Shown here in pieces: positions 59,036-64,000 of a stretch of 64,000 bases of DNA (position 1 is its first letter; every line of letters begins with the position of its first letter). A program made the translations under genes and the position numbers. The notes under the pieces were generated by a model that worked only from the letters and a program-made list of their open reading frames with translations, was not told the DNA's origin and did not search any database. The stretch comes from Phyllobates terribilis (lineage: Eukaryota). The DNA lies in contig NW_027362846.1 in NCBI RefSeq assembly GCF_046119375.1, positions 6,014,001 to 6,078,000 of the forward strand. Reading direction: 5' to 3'.

Positions 59036-59195
59036 TAATGTTCAGAATGTGGGAAATGTTACAGGTGTAAAGTAGATCTCGTTAGACATCAAAGAAGCCA
59101 CACAAGGGAAAAGCTATTTTAATGCCCAGATTGTGAGAAATGTTTTAGTAGGAGATCAAGTCTTCTAGACCATCTTAAAAACTCACATTAAAATC
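59036..59195 (+). pseudogene. Two relic C2H2 fingers downstream of the gene B stop
   Basis: After TAG TAA the frame continues CSECGKCYRCKVDLVRHQRSH TREKLF*CPDCEKCFSRRSSLLDHLKTH. Confidence 0.85.
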
Positions 59196-59619
59196 ATAAT
59201 TATTTTTAGTATGTTGGAAATTTTTACCCACACAACTTCATAGTATTCAAACTGCTCACATGGGGAAATAATCATTTTTATTTTTTTAAACGTACTTATT
59301 TGACAGATCATACAAAAAATACAATAGTTACCAGCATATGCCAAAAAGGTTCTTTAACTGCAGGAGTCTAGAGGAACTGAAGAGGAGACAGGCTGGTATG
59401 CAGGGCTGGTATTGGAGGGAAGGGGGAGGGCAAACTGGGCAATTTCTCAAGGCTCTCACTCTTTTAGGGGCCCTCAGTATTTCTAGTCTGAGGTTAAGAC
59501 TGCTAAAGACCTTTGGTGACATCACGGTCATTTTACCATAATGTCACCAAAGGTCCTTTAACAGCAGGAGTCTATAGGAACTGAAGAGGAGATTGGCTGG
59601 AATGTGCTGTATGTGTGTA

Positions 59620-61043
59620 CCATGGGGAAAATAAGTATTTGATACATTTCCGATTTTGCAAGTTTTCCCACCTACAATGCATGGAGAGGTCTATAATTTT
59701 TATCGTAGGTCACTTCATCTGTGAGAGACAGAATCTAAAAATAAAAACCAGAAAATCACATTGTATGATGTTTACATAATTAATTTGCCTTTTACTGCAT
59801 GAAATAAGTATTTGATACAATAGAAAGCAGAACTTAATGTTTGGTCCAGAAACCTTTGTTACAATTACAGAGGTCAGACGTTTCCTGTAGATCTTGACCA
59901 AGTTTGCACACACTGAAGCTAGGATTTTGGCCCACTCCTCCATACAGATCTTCTCCAGATCTTTCAGGTTTTGGGGCTGTCGGTGGGCAACATTGAGTTT
60001 CAGCTCCCTCCAAAGATTTTCTATTGGATTCAGGTCTGGAGACTGGATAGGCCACTCCAGGACCTTGAAATGCTTCTTACGGAGCCACTCCTTAGTTGCC
60101 CTGGCTATGTGTTTCATGTCATCATGCAGAAAGAGGAGGGAAGGAGGTTTTTGGCCAAAATTTCACAATACATGACCCCATCCATCGTCCCTTCAATACA
60201 GTGCAGTCGTGCTGTCCACTTTGCAGAAGAGTACCCCCAAAGTATGGTGTTTCCCCCACCATACTTCCCGGTTGGGACGGTGTTCTTGGGGTTGTACTCG
60301 TCCTTCTTCCTCCAAACATGGCGAGTGGAGTTGATACCAAAAAGTTCTATTTTGGTCTCATCTGACCACATGACCTTCTCCCATGCCTCCTCTGGATCAT
60401 CCATACGGTCATTTGTGAACTTCAAACAGGCCTGAACATGTGCTGACGTGACCAGGGGGATCTTGGGTGCCCTGCAGGATTTTAATTTTAATCCATGACG
60501 GCGTAGTGTGTTACTAACGGTAATGTTTGAGACTGTGGTCCCAACTCTCTTCAGGTCATTGACCAGATCCTCCCGTGTATTTCTGCGCTGATTACTGACC
60601 TCTCTCAGAATAATACTTACTCCACGAGGTGAGTCCCAGACCGAGGAAGATTGAGGTCATCTTGTGTTTCTTCCATTTTCTAATAATTGTGCCAAAAATT
60701 GTTGCCTTCTCACCAAGCTGCTTGCCTATTGTCCTGTAGCCCAATCCAGCCTTGTGCAGTTCTACAATTTTGTCCCTGGTGTCCTTACACAACTCTTTGG
60801 TCTTGGCCATGGAGGAGAGGTTGGAGTATGATTGAGTGGACAGGCGTCTTTTATACAGGTAACGAGTTCAAACAGGTGTAATTAATACAGGTAATGAATG
60901 CACAGTAGGAGGGCTTCTTAAACCAAAAAAACAGCAGAATTCTTTCTGGTTGGTAGGTGATCAAATACTTATATCATGCAAATTAATTATGCAAAAATCA
61001 TACAATGGGATTTTCTGTTTTTTATTTTTAGATTCTGTCTCTA
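59620..61043 (-). mobile_element. Tc1-like transposon, paralog of 5275-6703
   Basis: [38 protein letters not shown]; same right-end truncation. Confidence 0.92.
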
Positions 61044-61319
61044 CCATTTTATGAGCTGCCTTGAATAATAACCAAGCTTATTCTATGGAAAAGTCTTATT
61101 TGTACAAGTACCCTGTGAATTGTAAAGTGCTGCCAAATATAAAAGTAATTATTATACATATAGTTGCAATAAAAATTATTCAACTTCCTTTCCAAATTCC
61201 GTTTATTTCCAAAATTTACAAACGTTTTAATAAACTAATGAAACAAGAACAATATAAAAAGCTCAACACAACTAATATAACATGTGGTTTCTCTAAATTC
61301 ACCACAAAATTGCACGTTT

Positions 61320-64000
61320 AATGACTCCTGCCATCCAAGAGTGATTCCATCCCTTCATGAGCTGCATCTTGAGTACTTAGTAGAACCCTTTCACTGCTAC
61401 ATTCAGAAACCTTGCTCACCTCATTAATATTCCTTGCATGCCTTCTGTCTCTTTCAATTGTGCCCTTTGAAACATGCAGGCAGCATGTAATAAACTCTCC
61501 TACATCTAGGACTTTTTCCTCTCAATTCCCTCAACCTTTATGTTCTCACTGAAACATGGATCCAGCAGTCGGACACCACCGCTGCTGCTGCTCTCTCTCC
61601 TATGGTGGCCTACACTTCTCTCATACCCCGAGAACTGACAACAGATCAGGCGGAGGTGTTGGTCTGCTCCTTTCAACAAAATGTACTTTTCAGGTTATTC
61701 CCCCAGTACCCTCCCTTATCTTCCCTTCTTTTGAGGTCCAGACTGTCAGACTCTACCGGCCTTTCTCCCTGCGAGTGGCGGTTGCTTATCACCCTCCGGG
61801 CACCTCCAGTCAGTTTCTGGATCACTTTGCTTCCAAATTTTCTATCTTGCAACATCCCCACTCTCATTATGGGGGACTTTAACATCCCAACTGGCGATCC
61901 CCTTTCCCCATCTGCCGCTCACCTTTTATCACTAACCTCCTCCTTCGGCCTTTCACAACTTACTAATACTCCTACACATGTAGACGGGAACACACTGGAC
62001 CTGATCTTCTCCCGCCTCTGCTCAGTACATGACTTTACTAACTCTCCTCTTCCGCCCTCTGACCACAACCTTCTTTCGTTCTCTGTCAAGAATTGTAACC
62101 CTACTCATGACACCCCCACTTTCCACACTTATAGAAATATACGTGCCATTAACATAGTTACATAGTTTATAAGGCCGAAAAAAGACAAGCGTCCATCCAG
62201 TTCAGCCTATTTCTTGTGCACTGCAGCATTTCCGCAGCGTTGATCCAGGGGAAGGCAAAAAAAAACCATGCGGTATAGGCCAATTTACATCATTGAGGAA
62301 AAATTCACTTCCCGAATCCAATCTGGCAGTCAGATTAAATCCCTGGATTAATTAACTGTCACTAAGCATAAGATGTAATTTTATTGTTCTCAAGAAAAGC
62401 GTCCAGGCCTCTCTTGAGAACATCACCACTTCCCCTCCCAGAGAGTTCCAGAGTCTCACGGCTCTGACCGTAAAGAATCCCCTTCTATGCTGGTGCAGGA
62501 ACCTCCTTTCCTCCAGACGCATAGTGTGCCCCCTCGTCTTTGTCACCATCCTTGGTATAAACAGGTCATGGGAGAGATCTCTGTACTGCCCCCTGATGTA
62601 TTTATACATGTTTATGAGGTCTCCCCTAAGCCTTCTCTTTTCCAACGTAAATAGGCCTAAATTTGACAACCTCTCTGGGTATTCTAGTCCCTCCATTCCC
62701 TTTATTACCTTAGTCGCCCTCCTTTGTACCCTCTCTAGCTCCAATATGTCTTTCCTGAGCACCGGCTCCCAGAACTGTGCACAATATTCTAAGTGCGGCC
62801 TTACCAGCGCTTTATACAGAGGAAGAACAATGTTCTCATCATATGCCCCTATTCCTCTTCTGATGCATGCCATGACTCTATTTGCCTTCGCAGCTGCTGC
62901 CTGACACTGGGCACTCCAATTTAATTTGCTGTTAACCAAGACGCCCAGGTCCTTCTCCATGTCAGATTTCCCCAATTGTTTCCCATTTAATATGTATGGG
63001 TGACTGCTGTTTTTCTTTCCCATGTGCATGACCTTACATTTATCAGCATTGAACCCCATTTGCCATTTTTGGCCCAACTCCCCAATTTATCTAAATCCTC
63101 CTGTAGCTGTGCCCTATCCTCATCTGTATTAACTACTTTACAAAGTTTAGTATCATCTGCAAATATTGCTATTTTACTATGCAACCCTTCCACTAGATCA
63201 TTAATAAATATATTAAATAATATAGCGCCCAAGACAGACCCTTGAGGCACCCCGCTAGTAACCCTGACACACCCTGAGCTTACTCCATTGATAACCACCC
63301 TCTGCTTTCTATCACTCAGCCAGCTATTTACCCACTTGCACACATTATCCCCCAGACCAAGCATTCTCATTTTATATACCAACCTTTTGTGTGGCACGGT
63401 ATCAAACTCTTTGGAGAAGTCCAGGTCTACAACATCCACTGACTCTCCCCGGTCCAGCTGTGAGCTCACCTCCTCGTAGAAGGCCATCAGGAGCGATCCC
63501 TCATGAATCCATGTTGATATGGAGTTAGACAGTTATTATCATTAAGATATTCTACAATAACATCTCTAAGAAATCCTTCAAACAATTTACCCACAACAGA
63601 CGTTAAGCTGACTGGTCTATAGTTCCCAGGGTCACTTTTAGACCCCTTTTTGAATATTGGTACCACATTTGCTTGGCGCCAGAGATTTATGAAAACGTTG
63701 CAATCATCATTGGCCACAATCTCCTTCCTCTCATGTCCTGACTCTGCATTGAAGCATTATAAGGAAATATTGCAATGCGCCCTGAATGGAGCCGCACCTC
63801 CTACATATAGAACAACTCGGCGCAGATGAGGACAACCCTGGCACACACCGCAAACACGTTTTCTCCAGCGGTGCTCCAGGTGTGCCGAACAGCTGTGAAG
63901 AATATCTAATCTGGCCGAAGATTTCATCTAGTATAAATTTATGCTTAAAACATATAACTCTGCGCTTCACCTCTCCAAACAAACCTACTTTAACAACCTC
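61320..64000 (+). mobile_element. L2 endonuclease region (paralog of 7010-8770), interrupted by CR1
   Basis: GGGVG, GDFN, GNTLDLIF, SDHNLL; resumes at 63680 with ccagagatttatg. Confidence 0.9.
62152..63680 (-). mobile_element. 5'-truncated CR1 LINE
   Basis: WRQANVVPIFKKG, NYRPVSLTS, DFSKEFDTVPH, GVPQGSVLG, FADDTKL, LVRPHLEY, EKRRLRGD, GFFTVRAVRLWN; (CTATGTAA)-type tail at 62152-62167. Confidence 0.95.

Larger units (their letters stand above)
59487..64000 (+). repeat. Segmental duplicate of 5134-~8770 (flank + Tc1 + spacer + L2 endonuclease)
   Basis: Collinear high identity from tctgaggttaagactgc onward, including the same truncated Tc1 end and unique spacer. Confidence 0.93.

Overview
Vertebrate genomic DNA, most likely from an anuran amphibian; this is inferred from the XlCOF/XlCGF-type KRAB-like zinc-finger genes and the repeat repertoire. 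Two multi-exon KRAB-like C2H2 zinc-finger genes lie on the + strand: gene A (25740-30208, 10 fingers) and gene B (45704-59035, 16 fingers plus 2 relic fingers). Each is preceded by the same 30-bp CpG-rich minisatellite and promoter-like block. Nearly everything else is nested transposable elements: a Tx1/L1-clade LINE, L2 and CR1 LINEs, a V-SINE, Tc1 elements, a Ngaro-type tyrosine-recombinase retrotransposon with an SGNH hydrolase ORF, a DIRS element with ITRs and ICR, two Gmr1-like Gypsy elements, six solo LTRs, hAT, T2/Kolobok-like and TTAA MITEs, and a segmental duplication (5134-8770 vs 59487-64000). The most unusual observations are: (1) a head-to-head pair of fucolectin (F-type lectin) copies inside a palindromic MITE in an intron of gene A; (2) an in-frame splice donor/acceptor pair that would fuse the Ngaro Gag N-terminus to its SGNH hydrolase; (3) a 13-copy 71-bp satellite derived from the 3' end of a Tc1 transposase. 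All calls are by-eye motif recognition; no database search was run.
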